A DNA stretch of 64,000 nucleotides. It comes from a bacterium. GTDB lineage: Bacteria; Desulfobacterota; DSWW01. Below, in pieces: positions 18,083 to 27,439 of the stretch (position 1 is its first letter; each line of letters begins with the position of its first letter). A program made the translations under genes and the position numbers. Under the pieces are notes generated by a model. That model was not told the origin of the DNA and did no database searches. It saw only the letters and a program-made list of their open reading frames with translations. The stretch is taken from assembly GCA_040756235.1 (NCBI GenBank), contig JBFLZG010000105.1, forward strand, positions 32,001-96,000. The letters are read 5' to 3'.

Positions 18083-18523
18083 ATGAAGAGCTTTTACGCA
18101 CGCAGGTTGCTGTCCATCTCGAGTCTCATCCTCTACCTCGTCGCGGAGTGCTGGGCAACCGCGGGTATCGTGCTGTGCTCCTGCCCGGGCAGCGACTTCA
18201 CGGACAATCCTCGCGCGCTTGCCTGCTGCTGCATCTCCGGGGCAGACCGACATCCCTCCGCATCCGGACCTGCGTCTGCCTCGGAGCCTGCAAGCTTCGT
18301 GGCGGGGTCTTGCTCATGCGGACAGCTTCCGGCTGCCGTCTCCGTGAGCGTCGCATGGCTCCAGAGAGACAACCCGACTCCGGATGGCAAGACCCGCCAA
18401 CCCACAACCTCTTTCCGCAATGCTCCCCTTCCCATCGAGACCGTCTCCGGGCGGACCCTCCATGAACCTCTCCCTTCGGCCTCCGGCCTTTTGTTGTTGC
18501 ACACGGTCATTCTCCTGATTTGA
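18083..18523 (+). CDS. Cys-rich small membrane-anchored protein (leader-like, ends HTVILLI)
   Basis: N-terminal TM, VLCSC, CCC, CSC, Pro-rich linker; same architecture as 52120-52587. Confidence 0.55.
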   Translation: MKSFYARRLLSISSLILYLVAECWATAGIVLCSCPGSDFTDNPRALACCCISGADRHPSASGPASASEPASFVAGSCSCGQLPAAVSVSVAWLQRDNPTPDGKTRQPTTSFRNAPLPIETVSGRTLHEPLPSASGLLLLHTVILLI

Positions 18524-18719
18524 GAGAACCCTCCGCATCCGCGGGCTCGATGAAGAGGTGCACGGCCGGACGTGCCGGGCGCGAAGACCGCGGCACCCGC
18601 GGCTCCGTGAGCCCGTAAGCCGATCCCAGCTGCGGCTCCGGATCAAGGCTCGCCTGCACGAGCCGGGGAATCAGGAAATCTCTGTCAGCACGTGTTTTCC
18701 GAACGAGGAGGAAGCCATC

Positions 18720-19358
18720 ATGCATCAGGCTCTCATGGGTCGTATTTTCAAGGTGGGTCTTACGTCCGTACTGCTCGCCGGGTTGTGGGGGTGCGGCGGA
18801 GGCGGTGACGATCCCGCGAACGGCAGCCCCGGGCTGCTGTATTCAGACCTGCAAGATCTGGACACAACGATTCAGTCTCACGTGGAGACCGTCGAAGGCG
18901 TCCTGGGCACCGGGGCCAGATCGGTGCAACAGGAAGCCGCCGCTGTCCTGACACCCGCGGACTGGGAGGCCCTCAGGGCCGAGAGCGTCGACTACAGCAC
19001 GGAAATGAATCACATGCTGGGCAGTCTGGGCGAGGACGTGACCTCGGCGGGCGATTGTCAGATCTCTTACGGAGGCATGATGTACGGGCCCCCGGATTCA
19101 GGCGGAAGCTGCCCCTGCCAGTCCTATCTGGACGGGATTGGCCGGGAGCTCGACCGGCATCTCCGAGACATGTCCTCCTGGATGGACCAGCACGACCCTT
19201 CGGGCTTGTGGCAGGAGATGATCCGGCACAGAGACCGGATGAGGTCGCATATCACTGACATGGGCTCTCACATGGAGCACCTCTACGGTCACGACGGATG
19301 GATGGATGGGTGGGACGAAGGGCACATGGACGACGGCCCCAACATGATGGGGCAGTAG
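18720..19358 (+). CDS. His/Met-rich lipoprotein, probable metal binder
   Basis: GAGGAGG RBS, lipobox LWGC, GGMM, CPC, HRDRMRSHITDMGSHMEH. Confidence 0.72.
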   Translation: MHQALMGRIFKVGLTSVLLAGLWGCGGGGDDPANGSPGLLYSDLQDLDTTIQSHVETVEGVLGTGARSVQQEAAAVLTPADWEALRAESVDYSTEMNHMLGSLGEDVTSAGDCQISYGGMMYGPPDSGGSCPCQSYLDGIGRELDRHLRDMSSWMDQHDPSGLWQEMIRHRDRMRSHITDMGSHMEHLYGHDGWMDGWDEGHMDDGPNMMGQ

Positions 19359-19457
19359 CCGGGAGTCACCCCGCGCAGAGAAGGCCCCTCTCCGGGGGTC
19401 CCTCCCTTCTGCGGGATAGCGCCATCCCCGATGTCACGACCTGAAATCGAAACGCGG

Positions 19458-19491
19458 CCTCACGAGAGGGTTCGAGCGCCCTCTCGTGAGG
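19458..19491. terminator. 13-bp perfect hairpin between convergent genes
   Basis: CCTCACGAGAGGG-N8-CCCTCTCGTGAGG; arms shared with 37709-37750. Confidence 0.6.
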
Positions 19492-19511
19492 GCTCGGGGG
19501 GAAGGCGCGCG

Positions 19512-19805
19512 CTACTCGTGTGCCGCGTGGCCGGACTTTTCGTCATACGCCTTCTGGATGGCGGACATGGTCTCGGGCGTGCACATGCCGTCGACCGTCA
19601 TGCCATGGTCCTTCTGGAACTGCTTGATCGCCTCCAAGGTAGCCGCGTCCATCTTCCCGGTGCAATCGCAGCTGTAATTGAGTGCCTTGAGGCTTCTCTG
19701 GACATCCATGATCTGGGCCTCGTCCACCTTCGCGACCGCCGCCACGGGTATCAAGGTCAACAGGAACAAAGCCACCATCATGGACCCGACGATTCTTCTC
19801 TTCAT
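19512..19805 (-). CDS. Small secreted peptidoglycan-binding (PG_binding_1-like) protein, paralog A
   Basis: Signal peptide, VQRSLKALNY, TGKMDAATLEAIKQFQKDHGMTVDG; AGGAGG RBS. Confidence 0.82.
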   Translation of the reverse strand: MKRRIVGSMMVALFLLTLIPVAAVAKVDEAQIMDVQRSLKALNYSCDCTGKMDAATLEAIKQFQKDHGMTVDGMCTPETMSAIQKAYDEKSGHAAHE

Positions 19806-20021
19806 CCGATTTCCTCCTTTTGTCTGGTGATTCGGCCTTTCCGGCCTTCCGTATGTCCCCCCCCACATCGCTCGCGGAAATACTCTACCGGAATGACGGG
19901 CAAAGCCCCGGCTTTTTGCCCCGGCTGCCGCAGATCGAAGGAAAGCGCCGGACCGTGGTGTGAACCGAGATAACTCATAGATGCTCGGAAGCTCTTTTGA
20001 GTCGGTTAGCGAAAAAGACGG

Positions 20022-20038
20022 ATGCACGGACGGTGCCA
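20022..20038 (-). promoter_or_regulatory. sigma54 (-24/-12) promoter
   Basis: TGGCAC-CGTCC-GTGCAT with GG-N10-GC spacing; paired 16-mers at 20109-20124 and 20131-20146. Confidence 0.65.
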
Positions 20039-20359
20039 TGGCAGGCGGCTGAAAAGGACTATCTGCGGAGTACAGCGGCACCTTCTCTTTCCGCAAGGGA
20101 ATGAGCCCTAGAGACTATTCTTCAGCAACGTGCAGACTATCCTCCACGCTCCCCCTGGCTCCCTGAAGGACCTCGAACCCGCAAGAAGACCATGGGGCAA
20201 AGAATCTGTCCTGGGGCCCCGTACAAAATCGTGAGCAGTGGTCAGCAGGAAGCTGCCATCACCGTGCATTCCGACCGAGGGTGCGGGCTTGCGCAGAGGG
20301 CCTGACGCTGCAACGAATACCCCCCCCGCCGGCCGCTGGCATGCTCTCTGCACCGCATA

Positions 20360-20635
20360 TTGGGAGGCTCCGGCCGGACGTCGCTCCTGGTGCCGGTCCT
20401 CAGGCCGGGTGCGGCCGGTTTGCTCGGGGGCGCCCTGGGCTCTGCAGCGGGAGTCCTCCTCATCGCGCTGGCGCATGCCTTCGAGCCTTCCCTGCAGCTG
20501 CTCATCGGCTCCTGGCATCTCCTCGCCTTCCTGACCGCGGCAACCACGGGCATCGGCATCCTGGCCGCCCTGCCCGTCTCTCTTATCGCCGCCCGAAAAG
20601 ACCCTGTCTGCTCGCTCCAGCAGGAGAACGGCTGA
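20360..20635 (+). pseudogene. C-terminal remnant of an FtsX/MacB-like ABC permease
   Basis: GLLGGALG..two TM segments..LPVSLIAARKDPVCSL; no N-terminal part or good start. Confidence 0.5.
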
Positions 20636-20674
20636 CTGCAGGCCGGGGAACGGCCGGCACGACCATCCGGAGGT

Positions 20675-21745
20675 ATGCAAATGAATGCTCTGCCCGAAGG
20701 GTATCTGTGCAGCGAGGCCGATCAGGACCGAGGCCGTTCCGAAGGCGTTCACCCGCTCTATCTCGCTCTGGACCTCGTCTACGCAATGGGCCTCAGCCTG
20801 CTGGTGGCATACGCGGCCACGCCGCTCCTCCAATCCCCTCTTCCCATGGCGCTTCAGATGCTGGCCGCCATGGCCCTCGGCATGGCTCTGGCCACTCTGG
20901 TCAGCTTCCTGGCGTCCGTCGCTCTTGGCATGTTCGAAGCCATGATCCTCGGCATGTGGACCGGCATGACCGCTTCCATGGTCGGCATTGCGGACTCGGC
21001 GAGCGCCTGGGCCAGGCTGGGGCCGGCTCTGCTCTGCGGAGCGACGGTCTGGGGCCTGGTCAGTCTCGCCAACTACTACTATCGGTCGAAGCGGCCCGGA
21101 GTCAGGGCTCCGGCCGATGCTCCCGCCCCGGCAGTCGGGGCAGCCATCCGGAAGAGAAAGAAATCCCTGGCCTTCTGGGATAAGATCTCCCCTCTCTACG
21201 ACCTGATCGTATGGGGATCGGACCGGCGGAACCAGCGCCTGAAGCGACAGGCGTTCTCCGGCTCGCACGGCCGCGTGCTCTTCGTGGGGGCCGGAACCGG
21301 CAGGGACTTCGACTTCATGCCTCCGGGACTGAAGCTGTACGCCGTCGACATCAGCCAGGGCATGCTCGAAAAGGCAAGGCCGAAAGCGGAGCGCTATGCG
21401 GGAAAGGCCCGCCTGATTCGGTGCGACATTGCCCGTGCGCCTTTTCCGTCCGGTTCGTTCGACACGGTCGTGACGTCCTGCGTGTTCTGCTCGGTCGCCG
21501 AGCCCGTCCAGGGGCTCCAGGAAGTCCGGCGGCTGCTCAGCCCGGGCGGAAAGCTCATCATGTTCGAGCACGTCCTGTCCCGCAATCCCTTGCTTTCATT
21601 CGTGCTGAGATCCATGAACCCCTTGTCCTCGGGGCCGGACTTCACCCGCGACACCGAGCGCAATGCGCTCGCAGCCGGGTGGGACACCGTGGAACATCGG
21701 AATGCTTACATGGACATCGTCAAGATCATCACCGCAGAGCGATGA
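20675..21745 (+). CDS. Class I SAM methyltransferase with N-terminal Met-rich multi-TM domain
   Basis: VLFVGAGTG, VDISQGML, FDTVV, VFCSV, LSPGGKLIMFEHV; N-terminus has about 4 hydrophobic segments; GGAGG RBS. Confidence 0.85.
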   Translation: MQMNALPEGYLCSEADQDRGRSEGVHPLYLALDLVYAMGLSLLVAYAATPLLQSPLPMALQMLAAMALGMALATLVSFLASVALGMFEAMILGMWTGMTASMVGIADSASAWARLGPALLCGATVWGLVSLANYYYRSKRPGVRAPADAPAPAVGAAIRKRKKSLAFWDKISPLYDLIVWGSDRRNQRLKRQAFSGSHGRVLFVGAGTGRDFDFMPPGLKLYAVDISQGMLEKARPKAERYAGKARLIRCDIARAPFPSGSFDTVVTSCVFCSVAEPVQGLQEVRRLLSPGGKLIMFEHVLSRNPLLSFVLRSMNPLSSGPDFTRDTERNALAAGWDTVEHRNAYMDIVKIITAER

Positions 21746-21826
21746 TCCGGCCGGAAAAGGCAGCTGACCGGGAGAGGAAGCAGGAGCGTTCCGTAAGAAG
21801 CTCCCTCGGGTTCTTTCAACGGCCGG

Positions 21827-22651
21827 TCAGGGGACGGCGATGACCGGACAAGCAGCCGCTCGCACCAGCTTGATGGCCGCGTTCCCGAACAGGAACTCCT
21901 GGGTCTTGGTCATTCTCGGCGCGCCGAGAACGATCGTAGAAAACGACTCTTGCCACTCGTCCAGGATTTTTCGGGCAACGCTCTCCTGCTCGATCTCGAG
22001 CAGCTCCAGCCGCAGGCCCTGCGGAGGAAAACCGGCTCGCTCGAGGAGCGTCCGCGCTTCATGGGCGGCCTCGCGGATCCTGGACTCGTTCTGCTGCTTC
22101 GCCTCTTGCCACGCCTCCTGAGAACGGAAGATGTCCCGAGAGGGCGCGCGCGTCACGCCCAGCACGGTGATCGCGGAGCCCTGGTCCGGGACGAAATTGC
22201 GTGCGATGAAGCGGGCTCCCCGCAGGCCCGTTTGCGGGCTGTCGATGCACAGGAGAACCCTCTGCCCCTTTTCCGGAGTAGACTCGCCCGCGGCTTCGAG
22301 CCTTTGCCGGTGCAGGGCCGACAGGCCGGAAATCCTGGTGTCGCGGTACAGACCTGCAAAGTAGCCGACGGCAGCATAGACGATCACCTCGAGCAGGTTG
22401 TCGATGTAGTAGTAGCTCCCGGCGCCGTGTCCGGTAACGAGGATCCAGGGTAGGAACAGAAAAGAAGCCACGGCGGCGACCAGCACCCCGACCTTGCGGC
22501 CGAACCAGAAGCCGGCCAGGAACACCGGCGCGAGATAGAGCTCGCGGTGCAGCAGATGCAGAACAGGGCTGTGGGTCTCGGTGCTGAAGTGAAGATACGA
22601 GATTCCTGCCATGAGCAGGACCAGGATGACGATCTGCTTTTTGCGCTGCAT
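21827..22651 (-). CDS. Membrane sensor-like domain fused to a universal stress protein domain
   Basis: N-terminal TMs with YLHF..HLLHRELYLAPV; C-terminal VLLCID..TIVLG..FLFGNAAIKLV..CPV. Confidence 0.75.
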   Translation of the reverse strand: MQRKKQIVILVLLMAGISYLHFSTETHSPVLHLLHRELYLAPVFLAGFWFGRKVGVLVAAVASFLFLPWILVTGHGAGSYYYIDNLLEVIVYAAVGYFAGLYRDTRISGLSALHRQRLEAAGESTPEKGQRVLLCIDSPQTGLRGARFIARNFVPDQGSAITVLGVTRAPSRDIFRSQEAWQEAKQQNESRIREAAHEARTLLERAGFPPQGLRLELLEIEQESVARKILDEWQESFSTIVLGAPRMTKTQEFLFGNAAIKLVRAAACPVIAVP

Positions 22652-22725
22652 GTCGTGCTCTTGAAAACGGCCGAAGCAGACGGACGACGTGCCGGGGCGC
22701 ACGCGAGCCCGCGATGACCGGATCC

Positions 22726-23694
22726 TCAGCTCGTAAGCTCTTCGCGGCAAGCCTGCAGCTGCTGGACGAGCTCCTCTACGCTCTCGTAGAAAGCTTCTGC
22801 TGCCTGGCTGAAAAACATCAACGTATCGTTCAGGGCTGCGGGAATATAGGGGAACACCTTCTTCAGGTTGACGATGCGGTTTGCCATCGCCAGGGACATG
22901 TCCTCCGCCTTCAGCTCCGAGGCCGGCCGCGCGTTCCCCTCTCTCCGGCCGGCCGGACCCCCGGGGTGATGGAAGCCCTTCCCCACCGTGAAGAGGAGCA
23001 CGTTTCCCAGGCCGAGAAGATCCACTCCGAAAGGATTCTCCGTGTTGTCATAGGCGAAATCGAAATCGATCCAGCTCCACTGACCGCTGTCCCGTTCCAC
23101 GAAGATGTGATCGTTCCGGATGTCTCCGTGCAGCCCCCCTTTGCTGTGGAGCCTGCCGATCGCCTCGGTACAGCCGATGACCTTCTCGAGCAGTTCCGGG
23201 AACTGCGAGAAGAAGTAGCTCCTGTGGTCCAGCTCGAGCTCGCGCAGGAGCTCGAAGAGCGAGCTGCCCTGTATCTTGTCGATGACCCGAATGGCGTTGC
23301 CCGCCTGATCGGTGACCGCCCTGCCCTGCATGAAGAAGGGATCTCCCTGGGTCAGCTCGAGGACGCGGGCTTCCTTCTGCGGACTGCGGAAGCAGAGGAT
23401 CTGCTCTCCAGCCACGGTCACCGGGAACGATTCGTGGAAGACGAGCTTGATGATCTTGAGCTGCCCCGTCTGGAGATCGACCGCCCGCTTGACCCAGAAC
23501 TTCGGCTCTCCTTCCAGGCCGCAACGCCCCTCTACCTCGTCTCCCCTGACCAGGTAGGAAGCCCCTTCCAACTCGAGGATATCTCCGGGTTGGATGCTCA
23601 TGAACTCGGAGGCATCCTCGAAGACCCTCAACGGGCCTCGCGGAGCCAAGTGGGAGAACTCTTTCACCCTCTCCCGCAGCTCTGCTTCGGTCAT
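22726..23694 (-). CDS. Ser/Thr protein kinase-like protein
   Basis: IIKLV, LHGDIRNDHIFV catalytic loop, WIDFD, DLLGLG. Confidence 0.78.
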   Translation of the reverse strand: MTEAELRERVKEFSHLAPRGPLRVFEDASEFMSIQPGDILELEGASYLVRGDEVEGRCGLEGEPKFWVKRAVDLQTGQLKIIKLVFHESFPVTVAGEQILCFRSPQKEARVLELTQGDPFFMQGRAVTDQAGNAIRVIDKIQGSSLFELLRELELDHRSYFFSQFPELLEKVIGCTEAIGRLHSKGGLHGDIRNDHIFVERDSGQWSWIDFDFAYDNTENPFGVDLLGLGNVLLFTVGKGFHHPGGPAGRREGNARPASELKAEDMSLAMANRIVNLKKVFPYIPAALNDTLMFFSQAAEAFYESVEELVQQLQACREELTS

Positions 23695-23878
23695 GCTCTC
23701 ATCCCCGACTCGCCATATGGTTTAGAGGGCGCCGCACCAGCACCGCGATTCTGGAAAATCCGACTGCGTTTGCCTCCGCGGGACCGAGGCTCAGCCTCCC
23801 TGCAAGAAAGCGCTTGTAGATTATTCCTCACCAACGAGGGAAGATCGGCCGTCACGGCCTCTGCGGCCCGGCCGCTTG

Positions 23879-24085
23879 CTAGAAGCCGATCACCGCGTAA
23901 CCCTGCATGGCACGTCCGAGCAGGAATACGATCAGCCAGGTCATCCCGAGCGTGGCAACCGCAAGCACGCCCTCTTCCACACGGTCTCCGTTGAGTTGCC
24001 TGCGACCCACTCCTTTTCCCAGGTTCCATGCATGGACAGGACTCTCGATTCTCCGATGTCTGATGAGGTCACCGTTCGCTTCCAT
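23879..24085 (-). CDS. 68-aa small protein with C-terminal TM helix
   Basis: GGAGG 9 nt before ATG; VLAVATLGMTWLIVFLLG hydrophobic segment; same strand as the kinase gene. Confidence 0.5.
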   Translation of the reverse strand: MEANGDLIRHRRIESPVHAWNLGKGVGRRQLNGDRVEEGVLAVATLGMTWLIVFLLGRAMQGYAVIGF

Positions 24086-24131
24086 GACCTGACACCTCCG
24101 CTTGGAGTCTGTTGCCGGGCAGACAAGACCG

Positions 24132-24148
24132 ATGCAATTGCCGGACCG
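24132..24148 (-). promoter_or_regulatory. Possible sigma54 promoter for small protein-kinase-USP genes
   Basis: CGGTCC-GGCAA-TTGCAT with GG-N10-GC spacing; imperfect -24 box. Confidence 0.4.
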
Positions 24149-24200
24149 TCCGCGAGACCTTGGAAAATGGGTGGATCTGGGAGGAGACGACCGACCGAGA

Positions 24201-24237
24201 TGTCGCCATGTCTACAGCAACTGTAGATTATTCGACG
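24201..24237. promoter_or_regulatory. Paired 16-bp enhancer-like (UAS) sites
   Basis: TGTCGCCATGTCTACA and TGTAGATTATTCGACG, 21 bp apart, between two divergent sigma54-type promoters. Confidence 0.55.
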
Positions 24238-24393
24238 GGGGGCGGTGTGACGGTGCCGGGCGACTCCCGTCCTCTGGTCGCCGATCGCGCGCCTCTCCCA
24301 AAAGGGTCCCCGCGGGGCCAATGTGCCTCGGTCGCAAGGGCGAGGAGCCGATGCGACTCAGAGTATTGCTTGAGAAACGGAGATCCGTGAGTC

Positions 24394-24409
24394 TGGCACG
24401 GTTGATGCT
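24394..24409 (+). promoter_or_regulatory. sigma54 promoter
   Basis: TGGCAC-GGTTG-ATGCT with GG-N10-GC spacing. Confidence 0.65.
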
Positions 24410-24625
24410 GCGCTTCTCGAGCGTGACACCCTGTTCAGTGGAGACGGCCGGAGAAATCCGCAGGCCATGCTCCGGAACCCAGGCTCCGGCCAGAGAGGAG
24501 GCGCGACCATGAAGAGCCAAATACCCAAGCCGGGTTGCGCCATTCTGATAAGGGCTACCCGCCTGCGGTCTACCCTGAGAGGCTGACCGGAGGGTAGCCC
24601 CTCAGCAAGGAAAGGAGACGAAGCC

Positions 24626-25078
24626 ATGGAAGCAACAAGGAAGTCCAAGATCTCATTTCTGGCAGCCCTTGCCGCCGTCCTCACCGTTTGCATCGGTTTC
24701 CCCACGATGTCTGCGGCAACCACAACGATGACGCTGACGGGCACCCTGGTGCCGCCAAGGAACGAAGTGGGCCTGAACGACTACGTGCTCGAGCTCCGGA
24801 ACCATAAGAGGGTGGTCCTGCAAGTCACGGATGCGTACGTGCTGACCCGGACTGGAACCACCGGGAACTCGAGTGCATGGTCGATCCTGAACCGGATGGG
24901 TAGCCAGAAGATCACCGTCCTTGGCGGAGACCAGGAGCTGATCCGGACCTTGACCGATCCCGGGGTCCTGTGCAAAGGAGTCCGCATCCAGGGAACGCTT
25001 TACCCATCCAGCGGGAGCTTTCTCATTTCCTCGTTGGAGCAGGCGCCCAGGGAGGACAAACCTGAGAGCTGCCCGTGA
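24626..25078 (+). CDS. Hypothetical secreted protein
   Basis: AAGGAG RBS, basic + hydrophobic signal peptide; no recognised domain. Confidence 0.65.
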   Translation: MEATRKSKISFLAALAAVLTVCIGFPTMSAATTTMTLTGTLVPPRNEVGLNDYVLELRNHKRVVLQVTDAYVLTRTGTTGNSSAWSILNRMGSQKITVLGGDQELIRTLTDPGVLCKGVRIQGTLYPSSGSFLISSLEQAPREDKPESCP

Positions 25079-25294
25079 AGGATGCCGAAGGCGCGTGTGC
25101 AGCCTGGGACCGGATGCCTCCTGGCGAGATGCCGGGAGGCTGGTCGATGAGGCAGGCACGCTCACGACGAACTTCGGACAAGAGGAACGAAACGCCCGAC
25201 GGAAATCTTGCCACGGCCGCGGCTCTTCGGCACTTTCTCCAAGCTCTGGGGACCGCGGCCCCCGAGATCCCGATCGGAAAGCCCGTCATTGCTG

Positions 25295-25939
25295 TCACCG
25301 CTGGGCTGAAGCGATGTAGAAGAAGCCTCCGTAGAGCTCCCGAATGCGCACCTTCTGGAAAGTGTTCTTCATCGCTTCCCACGGCTTCCGCTGCACCAGG
25401 TCCGGAGTGATCCCAAAGGGGCGGGTGATCCACACACCGATCCTGGTCAGCCACGCGGGCGACCACTCCGGCTTCTTCAGGTCGGCAATGACCAGCTTTC
25501 CATCTGTGCGAAGATCCTGCGCGGCCCGGGCGACCACCTCTTCATATTGCGGCACCAGGGAGAGTGCGAGCACCGAGAGAATCCCGTCCGCCGATCCCGG
25601 GAACGAGTACGTTGCGATGTCCGCCTGGACCAGCTCGACATTACCCCAGCCGTGCCGGCCCAGGCGCTCGCGTGCCCTGGCGAGCATGGGCACGCTGAGA
25701 TCGACACCGATGATACGCCCCTCTTCTCCGACCGCATCACGCAAGAACCGGAAGTTCAAGCCGGTCCCGCAGCCGAGCTCGATCACGGTATCACCTCGGC
25801 TGAGGGCCAGGTCCTTCACGGCCATCTTGCGGTACCGGGTCTCCCGGAAGCCGATCAGATAATACAGGTTTGCCAAGAAGTCGTACCCGCGTGCGCGCCT
25901 GCGGTAGAGATCTCTTACCTGCTCTTTGTCGAGTGCCAT
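25295..25939 (-). CDS. Class I SAM-dependent methyltransferase (UbiE-like)
   Basis: VIELGCGTG, IIGVDLSVPML, VELVQAD. Confidence 0.88.
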   Translation of the reverse strand: MALDKEQVRDLYRRRARGYDFLANLYYLIGFRETRYRKMAVKDLALSRGDTVIELGCGTGLNFRFLRDAVGEEGRIIGVDLSVPMLARARERLGRHGWGNVELVQADIATYSFPGSADGILSVLALSLVPQYEEVVARAAQDLRTDGKLVIADLKKPEWSPAWLTRIGVWITRPFGITPDLVQRKPWEAMKNTFQKVRIRELYGGFFYIASAQR

Positions 25940-26254
25940 TGGCTACTGCCGCCTTTCTGGGGGCGCGGAACACTCCCCACACCACGCGGAGCTGGGGGTC
26001 TTTGGTTTCGATGCATGCAACGGACGCGGTGTCCGTCATCCGCGCCCCGGTAAGATAGCAGAAATCGCAGTCCTGAGCGCTACGTTTCGCTCCCTCATGG
26101 CATCGTACGGACACCCCTTCCACTTTTGACTGCCTTCTGAGGACGCCGGATCCTGTGAAGCCATGCGGTGTCCGGGATCATGCTCACCGATTCCCCCCGT
26201 TCCCGGACACTGAAAAGCTGCTGACTGTTCTCAGAGGGAGAGGAGGGAAGTGAC

Positions 26255-27418
26255 ATGGGCCGCGGAGCCGGAGGATCCGCGTTTCTGCCGAGAGAATCTC
26301 TCGGAGATCTGATCCGGTCGCTGCAGGAAAGGGGCTACATGGTGGTGGGCCCCACCGTCCGGGGGGAAACGGTCCTCCTAAGGCCACTCGACGGAGTCGG
26401 CGCCCTTCCCCGGGGAAAGAAGGATGTCCAGGGCCCGGGACATTACCGACTGCACGAGAGTGGAGAGGATCTCTTCTTCCAGTGCACCGGCAGCCCGGAC
26501 AGCCCGAAGCGGAGCTTCTTCCCGCCGCGCCAGCCGTTGTTCCGATTCCATACCGAAGCAGAAGGGTTCGCCTACGACGAGACCGGCCTCGAGGCGCCCC
26601 GGCTCGCCCTGGTCGGCGTGCGCGCCTGCGACGTGGCCGCCGTTCTCATCCAGGACCGGGTGTTCGGCGCTTCCCCGGACCTGGCGGTGAGCCGCTGCGA
26701 GGCCGACCGGTACTACGGGCAGGCGCGCAGAGGAGCCTTCCTGGTGGCCGTGAACTGCACGGAGCCGGGCGCGACCTGCTTCTGCGCCTCCATGGAGACC
26801 GGCCCGTGCGCGCGCGAGGGATTCGACCTGGCCATGACCGAGCTGCGCAGCGGCTTCGTGGTGGAAAGCGGGTCGCAAGCGGGCGAGGAGCTCCTGGGGG
26901 AGCTGCCGGTCCTCCCGGTCTCGCCGGCCGAGCAGGAGCTCGCTGATCTGAAGCTCCAGAGAGCGTGCGAGCACATGGGCCGGCGCCTCGAGACCGAAGG
27001 CCTGGTGGAGATGCTGGACCGCACGATCGAGCACCCGCGCTGGGATCAGGTCGCCCGCAGGTGCCTGTCCTGCGGCAACTGCACCCTGGTCTGCCCCACC
27101 TGTTTCTGCAGCACCGCTTCCGAAGCGAGCGGGTTGGAGACCGGCTCCTTCGCGCGCGACCTGAGCTGGGAATCCTGCTACACCCACGAGTTCAGCTATC
27201 TCACCACCGGGCCGCACCGCAACACGATCCGGGGGCGGTACCGCCACTGGCTGCGGCACAAGCTGGGCACCTGGTGGGAGCAGTTCGGGACGAGCGGGTG
27301 CGTCGGGTGCGGCCGCTGCATCACCTGGTGCCCGGTGGGGATCGACATCACCGAGGAGGCGGCCGCCCTGCGCCTGGGGGAGGGGAAGGCAGAGCCGCGG
27401 GCAGGCTCCAGCTTTTGA
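26255..27418 (+). CDS. Sulfhydrogenase beta subunit (AsrA/HydB-like 4Fe-4S protein)
   Basis: [56 protein letters not shown]. Confidence 0.9.
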   Translation: MGRGAGGSAFLPRESLGDLIRSLQERGYMVVGPTVRGETVLLRPLDGVGALPRGKKDVQGPGHYRLHESGEDLFFQCTGSPDSPKRSFFPPRQPLFRFHTEAEGFAYDETGLEAPRLALVGVRACDVAAVLIQDRVFGASPDLAVSRCEADRYYGQARRGAFLVAVNCTEPGATCFCASMETGPCAREGFDLAMTELRSGFVVESGSQAGEELLGELPVLPVSPAEQELADLKLQRACEHMGRRLETEGLVEMLDRTIEHPRWDQVARRCLSCGNCTLVCPTCFCSTASEASGLETGSFARDLSWESCYTHEFSYLTTGPHRNTIRGRYRHWLRHKLGTWWEQFGTSGCVGCGRCITWCPVGIDITEEAAALRLGEGKAEPRAGSSF

Positions 27419-27439
27419 AATGTCCGGGGAGAGAATCCG

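Noticed and set aside
19880..19935. Possible c-di-GMP riboswitch (GGCAAA..GCC hairpin) in the leader of the PG-binding gene
   Set aside because: Lacks the GNRA-capped P2 and the overall two-stem consensus; only a simple hairpin
23908..23922. TGGCAC..GC sigma54-like site
   Set aside because: GG-to-GC spacing is 9 rather than 10, and it lies antisense within a small ORF
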